From Camelus ferus (taxonomy: Eukaryota): DNA of 64,000 bases. The notes below the pieces were generated by a model that saw only the letters and a program-made list of their open reading frames with translations, was not told where the DNA came from and did not search any database. Made by a program: the position numbers and the translations under genes. Of the stretch, positions 25,427 through 37,152 are shown piece after piece. Positions within the stretch are counted from its first letter, which is position 1, and every line of letters starts with the position of its first letter. Location: NCBI RefSeq assembly GCF_009834535.1, contig NC_045697.1, positions 45,386,001-45,450,000 on the forward strand, given 5' to 3'.

Positions 25427-26073
25427 TGTGGGAGGCAGAAGGGACCCCCTCCAAAATGTCCAGACCCTAAACCCTGAAACACATGAGTATGTTATATGAC
25501 ATGGCAAAAGGAACTTTGCAGATTTAATTAAGGTTTGGGACCTTAAAATAGAGATTATCTTGGATTATCTAGGTGGGCCAAGTATGAATCATTCAGGAAC
25601 ACGCGCCCTTAAAAGCAGAGAGTTTTCTCTGGCTGCAGTCAGAGAGATGTAGCAGAAGTGGAAGTCAGAGAGATTCCAAGTACATGAAGAATTCGACGTG
25701 ACCTTTCTGGTATTGAAACATAAGAGGTTCCATGCAGGGGCAAGAGAGAAGTCTAGGAACTAAGAGGCAGCTCCTGGCTGACAGCCAGCAGGGAAATGGG
25801 ACCTTATTCTACAATTGCAAGGAACTGAATTCTGCCAACAACCTCATTAAGCTTGAAAGTGGATTTTTTTTCCCCAGAGGCACCACAAAGGAACACAGCC
25901 CCAATGACACCCTGAGTTCAGTCTTGAGAGACCCCAAACAGAGCAATCCGGTTGAGCCACGCCGTGCCTCAACTCGCTGACCCACAGAAACTGAGATAAC
26001 AAATGAGTGTTGTTTTAAGCCACTAAGTGTGTGTGGTTATTTATTACAGCAGCAATAAAAAAAAACTAATGTG
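25427..26073 (+). mobile_element. Full-length solo MaLR LTR (MLT1E-like)
   Basis: Starts tgtgggaggcagaa; internal aaggaactgaattctgccaacaacc; ends gttttaagccactaag...cagcaat...aactaat; flanked by cttat/cctat (5-bp TSD, one mismatch). Confidence 0.88.
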
Positions 26074-27287
26074 CCTATCTTCTCTAAGTCCTTGAAAGTA
26101 AATATTCTTATTTAAATTTTCTGGATTGATGGAAGTGAAATTCAGAGCAGAACTGAGATTTGAATCTTGATTGCTATGGATTCAAAGTGCTTTTTCCCCG
26201 AAGATATTATGCTTCCTTCCATGAGATCTTGAAATGTCTTGTAAAATATACATAGTGCTATGTGAATAAAAGGTATGTTTATTAGTATTAGGAGTAATAT
26301 TTATTCCATAAATGTAAATATGTTTTAAGAGTACAGGACCCAAAAATACTGAAATATGATAGACACAAAAGGAGTTTTGTTTGGATTTTTTCAAGTCTAA
26401 AAGAAAAACAAGAGAGTGCTATGATGTTATTTAAGCCTTTAAAAAAATTAAACAAGACCAGTTTTGTTTGTATAAGTAATTAAGAGATCTACTTTAGTTC
26501 TATGACTTTGAGACAATATCAAATTAAAGCAAAGTAGGAATGGACAGTTTTTTTATTTTCTAAGAGACTGAATTGCTCTTTTGATCTGACAGGTAGATGA
26601 ATTACTTTTCCCTGCCCCTCAATCCTCTGATTACACACACATATATGAGGGAAACAAAGAAACAAGTGACAGTTTGGGGTTTCACGAGGATAAACCTACA
26701 TTGATGAATGGAGTTTACAAGTGAAAAATTCTAATGTTGTTTTTCCGTGATGATAAATCTTTGGAGAGAATCTATATGAAAGAACTCCTTACTGTGTATA
26801 TAGAATTTTCCCAACCATTGCTCTGCAAAGAATTAGAAACTGAGGTTGATGTTCCTCATATCCTTTTGGGGTTACATTTTCCGTTTACTAGGTAATGTTT
26901 GTCATTTTTCGAAACTCTAGACCCAGTTTCAGACTGTTGCAGATCATCAAAGAGTTTATATTTAGATTATTTTGGGGAAGCCTACCTACATATCAGTGAT
27001 GACTGCCTGGTTCATGTCTTCAGTGTCCATGCCTGAAATTCATTATTCCAGGGGAATTTTTTTTCTGTGAAAGATAAATGTAAATGCAGATAATAAAGCA
27101 AGAGTCTCCTTAACTTTTCCATGGTTTGTGACTACAGTGTTTAAAAAGATCACAGTTACAATAAGCAAACAATAACAGAAACTGTGTGGAATGCTCATTT
27201 CAAAGACACAGGAGTTCTGTTTCATTTATGTCCTCATCTGAATGCCTCCACTGCATCTAACGTTTTCTTTTTCTCTCATCCCAATAG

Positions 27288-27365
27288 GAATACTATGACA
27301 AAGGAGATTACATAATTAGAGAGGGCGAGGAAGGAAGTACCTTTTTCATTTTAGCAAAAGGAAAG
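27288..27365 (+). CDS. PRKG2: PRKG2 coding exon 6 (78 nt): EYYDKGDYIIREGEEGSTFFILAKGK; CNB-B
   Basis: Pyrimidine tract then ccaatag acceptor, donor AAG|gtaaat; phase 0-0. Confidence 0.97.
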
Positions 27366-27549
27366 GTAAATATTAATGAAAGCTTACTTAAAGTAAATCA
27401 AAAAATTGTTTTGAATCTGTTTGCCATACACACAGCAATGTTCTAACATTGCAGCCTAAGTCCTCTGTGTAGAGCTGGGTAAAGGAGCTTCTGCTCAAAA
27501 GTCCTGGGACGGTTTGGTCTGAGCACTGGGTTTGGGGCCACAAGAGACT

Positions 27550-27690
27550 TGTGATGGGTTCCAGCTGAGATAGTAACTTCCTAGTGACTTTAGTCAGGTC
27601 ACTTGACATTCTTTAGACTTGGTTTCATCGTGTATAAAATGACTGGATTATTTCTAACATCCCTTCTAGCTATGACTGTGTGATTCCCAG
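27550..27690 (+). mobile_element. MIR remnant
   Basis: gtgactttagtcaggtcacttgac...ggtttcatcgtgtataaaatg...cccttctagct. Confidence 0.6.
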
Positions 27691-28978
27691 CCCAAGATCG
27701 GGGCTGGAACATTTTCCCATCCCACAGATACAACAGACAACAGTGGAGGAAAATGAACTAGGCAATTGAGGGCAGCAATGATCAGGCATCAAGCTGGAGA
27801 ACAGTGTGGCTCAGAACTTCAAATTGTATACAATAGCTCAAGCTGATTTAGACGCTGATGAAAAGTTTACCCTGATGTAGACAACAGATCTTTTTCTTTA
27901 CCTAGCTATTGAGTGGATAACATTTTGCCAGTTGCTCCCATGTTGACTCTTTACAATGTTCCTCGGAGACAAAAAGCATTTGTGAAAGATCGAAGTAAAG
28001 AATGAAATCTTGAGCACCTGTGTCCATAAACTGCCAGATTTTTATAAATGCTCTTTCTTCCATGAAAGAGTTTTATCATCAGAGAGTCGGGCACTGCCCT
28101 TTGTAAACTGGTTCGTGGTTGAACTTTGAACTAGGCCCCCAGTGATGGGAAAAAAGTTAACAAAATAGTTTTGGAAACTTTTCAACACTCAGAAACGCTT
28201 TTTATCATTTCTTACCAACTTAAACCTCATGTTTTGAAAGAATTCTGCCTGATAAATAAATTGCATTTATTATTTAAAAAATTTTTAATTTATTGTAACT
28301 TTCATAAATGCTAATCAGAATTTCTCACCAATATGAAGCGACCTTTCTTCCCATGTTGAACTGGAATAATTCTAGCCACAAGCAAGTAATGTTGAAGTTT
28401 TTGTTTGACTCTCCCATGCGGGCTCTTAAACCATCACATTGAGCCTCTTGTGAGACTTGTGGACCCTCCTCCAGATCCACAGTTTGTATTCAGTTTTAGA
28501 GAGTCCGCACGAATGCAACAAGTCAGTTGTGGACACTGGGTTCAGAACTCCTGATACTCAGTCTTATTCTTGATTGATTTGTCAACTGTATTTGGCTTTT
28601 TGGAAAAATAAAGTTCCCATAGGATCATTATCATTTTCTTTGACCATCCTTAGGAAGGAGTAACTGGATTCACATAGCAAATTTATTAACTTTGGGAGGT
28701 GAAGTTTGTATGGAGAGGCTTCTTCTTGCAAAAGATGGAGTCATGTGATCATGTTAGGTGGCAGACTTTTTTAGTCCATCCAAATGAGTTGACTGTAGTT
28801 AGATTAGTCTAAATGTAGTTGACTGTAGTCTTAACTACTGAAATATTGAAGCAAAGACTTGTCTCTTTCCTTGTTCAGTCAAGTTTATGTAGATCTGGAG
28901 GGACTGGTTGAATGGATATGTGTTTAGATTCTCCTTTACTTCTTCTCTCTCTCTTTTTAATTATTTGACATCATTTAG

Positions 28979-29073
28979 GTAAAAGTCACCCAGAGTACTG
29001 AGGGCCATGATCAACCACAACTGATAAAAACACTGCAGAAAGGAGAATACTTCGGAGAAAAAGCTCTTATCAG
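28979..29073 (+). CDS. PRKG2: PRKG2 coding exon 7 (95 nt): VKVTQSTEGHDQPQLIKTLQKGEYFGEKALI(S)
   Basis: Acceptor tcatttag, donor AG|gtgaat; FGEKAL cassette of CNB-B. Confidence 0.97.
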
Positions 29074-31394
29074 GTGAATCTATGAATTTATAGACTATAC
29101 TTAATAATAATTCTTTGGTTGTTTGCACATATACCTACTCATTTGGAGCTGTAGAATGGAGCTACCAAACTGATGGCAGCCATTATCTGGAAATTAAACC
29201 AAAATTTTACACTGACTTCTAAAAAAATTCATTGTTAAATGGGAGATAAGTTTATTAATTTTGTATAGGAAGAGATTTGGAAAGTTTTAGTTTGCTGGTG
29301 AAAATAAAATTGGTGTTCCAAAATAATAATTCTAATAATTTTTGGTTTAAATGAGAGTCAGAGAAAGAAATTGAAGACATGAAAACTAGAATTTTCCTGT
29401 AAGAGTTTTTATATTATCAAGTTTTAAAATGTTGCCTTGCTTTATTCTTTTAAAAATTATCAGATAATGACTTTACATATTCTTTGTGCTTTTAAATCAT
29501 TATGCCAAAGGTAATATTTTCTTAAGACTTTTTATCAGCTCACTTTGCAAGTTTTAGAAGCAACTCAAAATAGTGTATTTAAAGTTTCTCCCTGAACCTT
29601 TGGCCTTTTGAGGTATGTGTTTATTTACTGTTTGATCTAACTTATAGGAGAAACATTTATAAAGATTAACCAAGTAGCACAGGAGACACTATGTGCTTCG
29701 TGGAACTCAGAACACAACCTCAAATGTGAAAAAAAAAATTTCTTAAATATACATAACCTTATAAAGTTAGAATTTTGAGCAACACACTTTTTTTGGAGTC
29801 ATATATGTTTTTAAATGAATACTTGAAACTATTAAGAAATCACTTAAAATTTATGCTATTACTAAATGCTTTTATTTCATATCTTTGCTTGTAAAAACAA
29901 GTAGTATTTCTGTTCATTTTTCTTCCTTTTTAATTTTTGTCTGTGAAGCCCCAGTTCTGCTGATTTACATGTCAGGATTACATTAAATACAGAGCAAAGA
30001 AAAAGTGTTCATAAATTACCTGAAGACAAATTTGATTATTTAAAAGTCATATAGCTTTTATTTTTAAAGAAAATTAAACTACTTAAACTCAATAAGTGAA
30101 GTTATAGCTATTTGGTATAAAAAATTGAATTTAAAAACAAGTTGAGTTTTTGTTTCCCATTTTCTAGCTGGTAATGAACTTGTTTCAATAATTGGGAAAT
30201 GGTCCTTTTTTGTTTATTTGTGACAGAATATGAATACATTCATGCAATATAATCGTGTAATATCATTATTCAAAACTTCAGTGTATTTGTTCTTAAAATT
30301 AACAGATTATTTTTCTCATATCTCCAAGCAAAACAATTAGTTTGAAAGTGCAGAGAACTTTATAAATGTACTGTAGACTCAAAATAGCTCTTGAAAGGAA
30401 ATATGCTGTCTGGTTATGCTGGATCTGAAATAATTTGTGTTCTATGTTGCAGCTAGCCAATTACAGTGTTTTCCCATGAGAAACATGACAATTTACATTT
30501 AATAAAGACACTCATTCCCCAAAGCATTTAAAAGCATAGAACTAAAATCTATGAGAAAGAGAGTTGGATACACATATGTTTACATTTTTGTGCATTTTTA
30601 TGCTATCACTTTTTAGGGCCGCTGACTGTGACTCAGTATTCTTTACATTCTGTGTATTTCCATGACTCGACATTAAACAGGCCCAGGAGTTCTTTCGGCA
30701 TTTTGTATGCAAAAATAAATTCATGGTACTTAACAGTTATTATGAAAAAAAATATGTGTATTTGTAAACCTCTAATACTCATAAACTTTTTGTAGAGGAT
30801 ATTCCTAGTCAAAATCATGACACTGGCAAGTGAAAGGGTTGCTTTATCTCTTCATTTTTGAGCTCACATATCAAATAGTTGGCCCATATCCAAGATCATA
30901 TCCATATCGATATCTACACATACCAGTTGAGTATAAACTACCCAGCTCCCAGCTCAAAAACCCATTAAGCTGAAATGTTTTCACCAATGTCTTCTAGCAA
31001 GGACCCTGTAAACTTGGGAGGGACTGTGTTAGAAAGTCTCTGGATGCCGGCTATGTGGACAGGGGACTTCTCTGCACTGAGAGGCGGGCTGCCAAGGTTT
31101 TCCCTGTCCTACCACTAAGGGAAGACAAAGCAACTGTATACTTTGCGTGATGCCATTTTTGACGAAGTTGCTTAGAGCAGTCCTCCTGTGCTTACTGCTC
31201 CAGGTTACCTTAAATGAATCTCAGAGCACTGGGTACCACATGGATGTACCTTTTCTTCAGGGTCTTTAGTTTGTAATTAATAGAAGGATGAAACTAATAT
31301 AAATAAAGTTCTCTAAAGAAAGATTTTACCCAGTGCTTGACTCGTTGGTATTCATCAGGTAATTAAATATATTATGATTAGATCATATGTCATA

Positions 31395-31545
31395 ATTCTT
31401 CATATCTAAGGTATCAATTATAAGATGCATTATTATATTATGTACCCCCGAGAAAGACAATTACACTATGACTCATCGTCAGTTGTAAGACATGTGCTGA
31501 TTTCAGAGATTGTAATGGAAAATACACATCTTAGACTATGAAATA
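31395..31545. mobile_element. Tc2/MER104-like DNA transposon remnant
   Basis: taagatgcattatt...gttgtaagacatgtgctgatttcagagat...cacatcttagactatgaaata. Confidence 0.55.
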
Positions 31546-32028
31546 AAAGATTTTAGATTTACCTAATTCATTGGGTGATATGACATGAAAAACACTTTCT
31601 TTGGGTTTTATTTTTGATTGGTTATTATATGTAATTACTTCAATGTTTTCTTATAAATGTCTTTGATCGGGTAATTTCAATTTTGGCTGCTTTTTAACTA
31701 GCAGTTCCCGTTTGATCAAAGACCTATTTCATTTGGGCTGACGCAGAGCACAGAGTGAAATTCCATACACGGTTGCAGTCACTGATTTATGTTCCCAGTG
31801 CAGTTACCTTCTCCTCTGGATTCCTTGTGCACTTAACCTTTATTAGGACACATGTCCATGCTTTTTTTTTTTTCTTGGAAAGGGGTGGAGTATATATTAT
31901 GATGTTAAAAAAAGGCATAATCTTTGGAAGGTTTAAGTGATGATGTTTCATGCAAATAGCAGGTTCCCTAATAAAAATGGATGTTTAATTTCTCACTAGA
32001 AAACTGACTTTCCTGTTTTTGTCTGCAG

Positions 32029-32097
32029 TGAAGATGTCAGGTCAGCTAACATCATTGCTGAGGAAAATGATGTCGCATGTCTGGTTATAGATCGAGA
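32029..32097 (+). CDS. PRKG2: PRKG2 coding exon 8 (69 nt): (S)EDVRSANIIAEENDVACLVIDR(E)
   Basis: Acceptor tttttgtctgcag, donor GA|gtgagt; phase 2-2. Confidence 0.96.
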
Positions 32098-33184
32098 GTG
32101 AGTATACTGCTGTTGTTGGAGAATGCAGGCTTCTGCCACCTTTGAAGACTTGGCCTTCTGTTACTCCAAGGGCCATCTGTCTTCCCATTCATCACTACTT
32201 GGAAGTGCTGGCCAATCCTCAGCTGCTAGTACATTCTATTAAAATTCATGGGAAGGAACTGGGCCTTCTGATCTGAATCTGTCTGTGGCAGTGGCAGATG
32301 CTGGCAGGCTAAATATTTTGTGTTCAAAGTTTGTACATAAATATCAGCAATAGACTGATTTAAATTCTGCATCTTCCAGAGAAATAAGCTTATTAGTACT
32401 CATGTATTTTTTTCCATACAATATACTGAGCAATTTCATAATTTATTCCTAAAATGCTCTAAGCAGTCAGAAATATTTTTGAACTTCTCTCTCTCAGACA
32501 AAATATAAAATGCTCATTAGCTATATGTATTTCCAGAGAAATCTGAATTTAACATTTGTGGTAATTTGCAAGAGATGTGCATCAATATTAACCTCTAAAG
32601 GTCTTAGGTTATTTTTCAGAATGTCTCATTTTGTGTTGTTAAATCCCTTCAGATCATATTTGAATCTGACTCTTCGGATCTCTTATTCATCAGGGGGATA
32701 TTTGTTGACTAGATATAATTAAGGAATTCTGCTATACCAAACCTAGGCCATTATCTGAGAAAAGTCATGTGTAGCCAAACAAACAGGACATGTGCTTATG
32801 AAATATTAACTAAAAATAGTCAAATGATGACAAGTATCACAAGAGAGTATGCAACTGATTGCTAATTGAATACACCATTTATTGAACATAGAATCATAGA
32901 GATTTAGAGCTGGAAAGAACCTTGGAATATTAAAAAAAATTTTTTATTATGAAAAATTTCAAACATATTAAAAATAGACAGGTCAGGATTATAAACCCCA
33001 TAATACAAGTTCAACAATTATCAATTAACCCTCCCTGCCTTCACCACACTATGTTCAAGGAAATTCCAAACATAAAGTTATTTCACTGATAAATTTTAGT
33101 AGCATCTCGAAAAGCTAAGTATTATTTGTAATACATGACCATAGTAATATAACATACCTAAAAAGTTAGCAATTATTTTTTATT

Positions 33185-33253
33185 GATTATTTTGAATTGA
33201 AATATAATTTACACCTAACATTATATTAGCTTCAGGTGTACAACATAATGATC

Positions 33254-33303
<50 letters not shown>

Positions 33304-33395
33304 ATATATATATATACATACACACACACATATATATATGTATATCGCAAAATTATCACCACACTAAATCTAGTTAACATGCATCGTCAAACATA
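33185..33395 (-). mobile_element. L1 3' end fragment containing a compound microsatellite
   Basis: attgaaatataatttacacctaacattatattagcttcaggtgtacaacataatgat ... aaattatcaccacactaaatctagttaacat. Confidence 0.75.
33253..33345. repeat. Compound (TA)n(TG)n(TA)n(CA)n(TA)n microsatellite
   Basis: 93 nt of unbroken purine-pyrimidine alternation. Confidence 0.95.
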
Positions 33396-35292
33396 GAACA
33401 ATAATTCTTAGTATCACTTTGAGTTACATTAATACTTCCCTTACCAATAAGAAAAGTAAGTCCAGGTCAGTTAAAGAATTGCCCCAAAAGTGACATCTGT
33501 GATTTCATATGAGATGCCCAGGTCTTCCAGTTCCTTTCAGCATTCTTTCCATCATGCCATTTGATTTCCATAGCATGTGTTCAGAAAGAGAAGCAATCAC
33601 AACGCAGTAAAATGAGGAAAGTTTTACTTTAAATTTGTAAGGATGGAAATGGGACGTGAAATAGGAGTTTTCTAGGCAAAGGAAATGTGGAAGTCTCTCC
33701 AGGTGAAGTACAACTTAAAACAAAGCATCAGGCTAGAAAGTGCAAAGTATATTCAGATAAAGGAACCCTTTGGATGACAGCTCTCAGATGGAAAATATAT
33801 TGGTATGAAATTGTCCCGGCAGTGCATTGTTTTGTTTATGAAAAATATATGCATGCACTGAACAGCACTAGCTGTGTGATAAAATCTTACAAATGGCTCC
33901 AAAATGCTAGGACTAAAAATATGGTAGAAAGGAAGAACTCCTTCCCTTTTTCTTCATTGTAATCACATAACCAAATATTTGTATAGTATCTCATGACTCC
34001 ACCATCCATGAAGAGGATGCAGTGGTTATTTTAGAGCCTATAAATTATTTGGGAGTTTATAATTTTAAAATGCTTAAATGCACAGAGTTGAGATTCCTAC
34101 ACAAAGTGTGGTCGTGTTAGGCACGATGAGACATAAAAAGTTACATGAATTTATTTTATGAGTAAGAGGAGCAGACTATCACTCTTTACTTCTTCTTTCC
34201 TAATTCATTATTTTTTTAAAAAAATACGTATTTGAATGTTACAGCTAGAATGTTGTAGCTGTTTAAACTTGACCTTAATTTGTGGAGAATTTCTAGAGAT
34301 TTGTGACACTAGTGTCACCTACATTAAAAAAATAAAATTTGTTTACAACAATACATGAATTAGTTTAATAGCAAGCAAAACTATGGTGACACATAGAATA
34401 AATAAAATCAAAACAAATTAAGAGAAGTATTTCCTTCTACTTGAAAACTTCAGCCGTGGGAAATTTGAAATTGCATGACAAGCCTGTTTTGTTTCTCACT
34501 ACTGTACGGTCAACCACGGATAGTCCACAGAGCAGGGCAGAGAAGAGTGGAGTGTAGATCTGAAGGGGGAAATGGAAAATACCCAATACAGTAAAATACT
34601 AATGTAAGTATAGATTGGTGGTCAGTTACAGGTGGGTAGAGGTCTTCAGGGTTAGGCAGGCAGTAAGTGGCAACACGACACTAATGAGGTGGCTCTGATT
34701 TACTAGCATTAGGTGTGTTGACATAAATTTTCATTCCTTTCATTTTGCTCTAGCCAGGAGCTTAAGATTTACTGAGATGATTGAAGCATGGTTTCTAGAA
34801 GGTTGCTATTTTATAGGAGGGAAGAGAACCACCCTAAAAATCACCCATCAAGGAAGGTTGTCGAGTGTGGGGTGCAGGACGCATTGGAAGGATAATCCAG
34901 AAAATATACTTCTTTGGTGAGGAAAGGGATTATTTTTTCTCATGGGCAGTGCCCTGTGTAAGAATTCCCAGAGACAAGGGACTTGGGAGAGTAGACGGGA
35001 CACGTAACAAACCTGTGATCCGTGAGGTCAGGAGGGTCAAGGGAATATGATGGCCCAGCCTCACCCAAAGAATTAGTAAGTTAAGGTAAAAAGTTTGGAT
35101 TTATTTATGAATGGATGTGAAATGAGGAGTATTATCTAGGGACAAAGAAGAGATACTTTTTATCCTTGATTTTTAAAAATAAAGAGCTCAATTTGATTAA
35201 GCAAGGTTAGAAAAATGGGTAAGATATGTAACTTGTAGATTCAATAAACAGATCATGTAGACTATTTCCTTTCCACTGTCTTCTTTAAAATG

Positions 35293-35314
35293 AAAAAAAA
35301 AAAAAAAAAAAAAA
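35293..35314. repeat. A22 homopolymer
   Basis: Direct count. Confidence 0.95.
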
Positions 35315-35596
35315 GAACAATTTTTGGTAAACCTGAACCACAATGCGGAAAACTACAGAAATGTCTCTTCTCACTGAGAGCCTCCTTGCTTTCAGAAACT
35401 CAAAAGCTCAATCATATAGCTTCTAACAATTATTCTACCTGTGATGGCCACTTAATGTAACATAAGTTATTGAAAAACAGTTTACAAAGCTGTGAATAAC
35501 CATACAATTAATGTTTTCTGAATAGCTTAAGAAGAATGGTAAGTTACAATGGTAACTATTCGCATTGAGGGTTTTTTTTTTTTTTTATTCATTTAG

Positions 35597-35695
35597 AACA
35601 TTCAACCAAACAGTTGGGACTTTTGAAGAACTCCAAAAATATCTTGAAGGGTATGTGGCAAACCTGAACCGTGATGATGAAAAAAGACATGCGAA
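35597..35695 (+). CDS. PRKG2: PRKG2 coding exon 9 (99 nt): (E)TFNQTVGTFEELQKYLEGYVANLNRDDEKRHA(K)
   Basis: T15 tract then attcatttag acceptor, donor AA|gtaagt; phase 2-2. Confidence 0.97.
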
Positions 35696-36998
35696 GTAAG
35701 TGGAGGAATATTTTCTTAAGCCGGATGTGACTTCTGGCAGTTAATGAAGGGGACTGAGGGGCGTGGTTTGCTGTGCAGTAACTTTTAGTGTGTTGTCACT
35801 AGAAGATTTAGGGGAGTTCTTCTATCTTCTCCTTCCACTAAAAGGATACCACTTACCACTAGGATGGATATCATTTTAGTCTATAAATAGTGTTTCTTAT
35901 TTTCGGCGATGAGTAGTAATGTTAAGGGGACGATATCCTGATAAGAGACCTTGGGAAAGGGCGTCTGTACATTGACTTGTGACCTAGCTCCGAAAGACAT
36001 TAGTTCAGAAGGGAAGCCCCTCTCGCACATGGAACTCAAACAAGAATGCCAAGGCACTAGCATAGTCCATTCATTCTGATTCCAGATAAAGAATAATCTA
36101 GAACTAGAGCCCAGGTTATTTCAAAATATAATGGAGTTTATTGCTCAGGGGTCCCAAATACAGTAATACTGATGAAAAATGTTTTGTTTCATAGAAAAAA
36201 ACCTGCTTTCTAAAATTTAAATTATTTGAGAATATTTTGCTAGAATATTCTGTAGAGTGAATACTTAAGCATGTATTTACTAGATAGTACCATTAAAGCT
36301 TAAGAGTCAAAAGTTCTAGAAAACACTTGTGTTAAATTAGAGCATTCAACCAGAACTGCATAGAGTTTGTTTTTGTTTCTCTTTTTGGCAAGGAATATAT
36401 TTGCAGTTTTTATGCCAAAGGCCTTTTGTAATAGAACAATTTATAAATATATAATCCCAAGCAGTGAACTTTAACTAAAGGAGGTAAATGAGCATCTCCA
36501 AGTAACAATATTTAGACATAAAATAAGGAATGTATTTTTCATGTTTCACAAAGCAGTTGTTCTGGTTCAGCCAGGGACCTTCGAGGTCTGACAGAAAGAG
36601 CGAAGGAAGCATGGCGGAGATGCTGTGTGGCTGTTTCTTGTATGTGCGACAAAGGCAAAGGCTCTCCAGTCTTCTGGATTTATTTCCTCTCATGACTTAT
36701 TTATTTTTTGTAAAATGCTTTATTGAGATGTATTTTAAATACCACACAATTCACTCGTTTTGACATTTTGTCCGTTTTTTATTGTGTGCGAGTGTGTTTG
36801 TTTCATATTTGTATATTCTGTTGCTTTTCTCCCCAGTTGTAACTGAATCTGATCCTGTAAAAGCTGAGATAATCTTTATGGCAACTATGGGCAGTAATTA
36901 CTGGCAGAAAGAAGGCTGTTTTAAGGGTGGAATTTCTGTGTGTTGTGAGCCTTGCTTGCCTGGAGGAAGGTATATAAAGTTTCTCTTCTCTCATACAG

Positions 36999-37152
36999 GA
37001 GATCCATGTCTAGCTGGAAGCTGTCCAAAGCACTCTCTCTGGAGATGATTCAGCTGAAGGAGAAGGTGGCCAGATTTTCCTCATCATCCCCATTCCAGAA
37101 CCTTGAGATTATCGCCACACTGGGCGTTGGTGGGTTCGGAAGAGTTGAGCTT
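36999..37152 (+). CDS. PRKG2: PRKG2 coding exon 10 (154 nt): (K)RSMSSWKLSKALSLEMIQLKEKVARFSSSSPFQNLEIIATLGVGGFGRVEL; kinase glycine-rich loop
   Basis: GxGxxG motif (GVGGFG) in ORF 36952..37194; acceptor ctctcatacag, donor CTT|gtaagg. Confidence 0.97.

Noticed and set aside
30540..30840. Segment ending ggcaagtgaaagggtt, reminiscent of a piggyBac terminus
   Set aside because: No matching left terminus or TTAA duplication found
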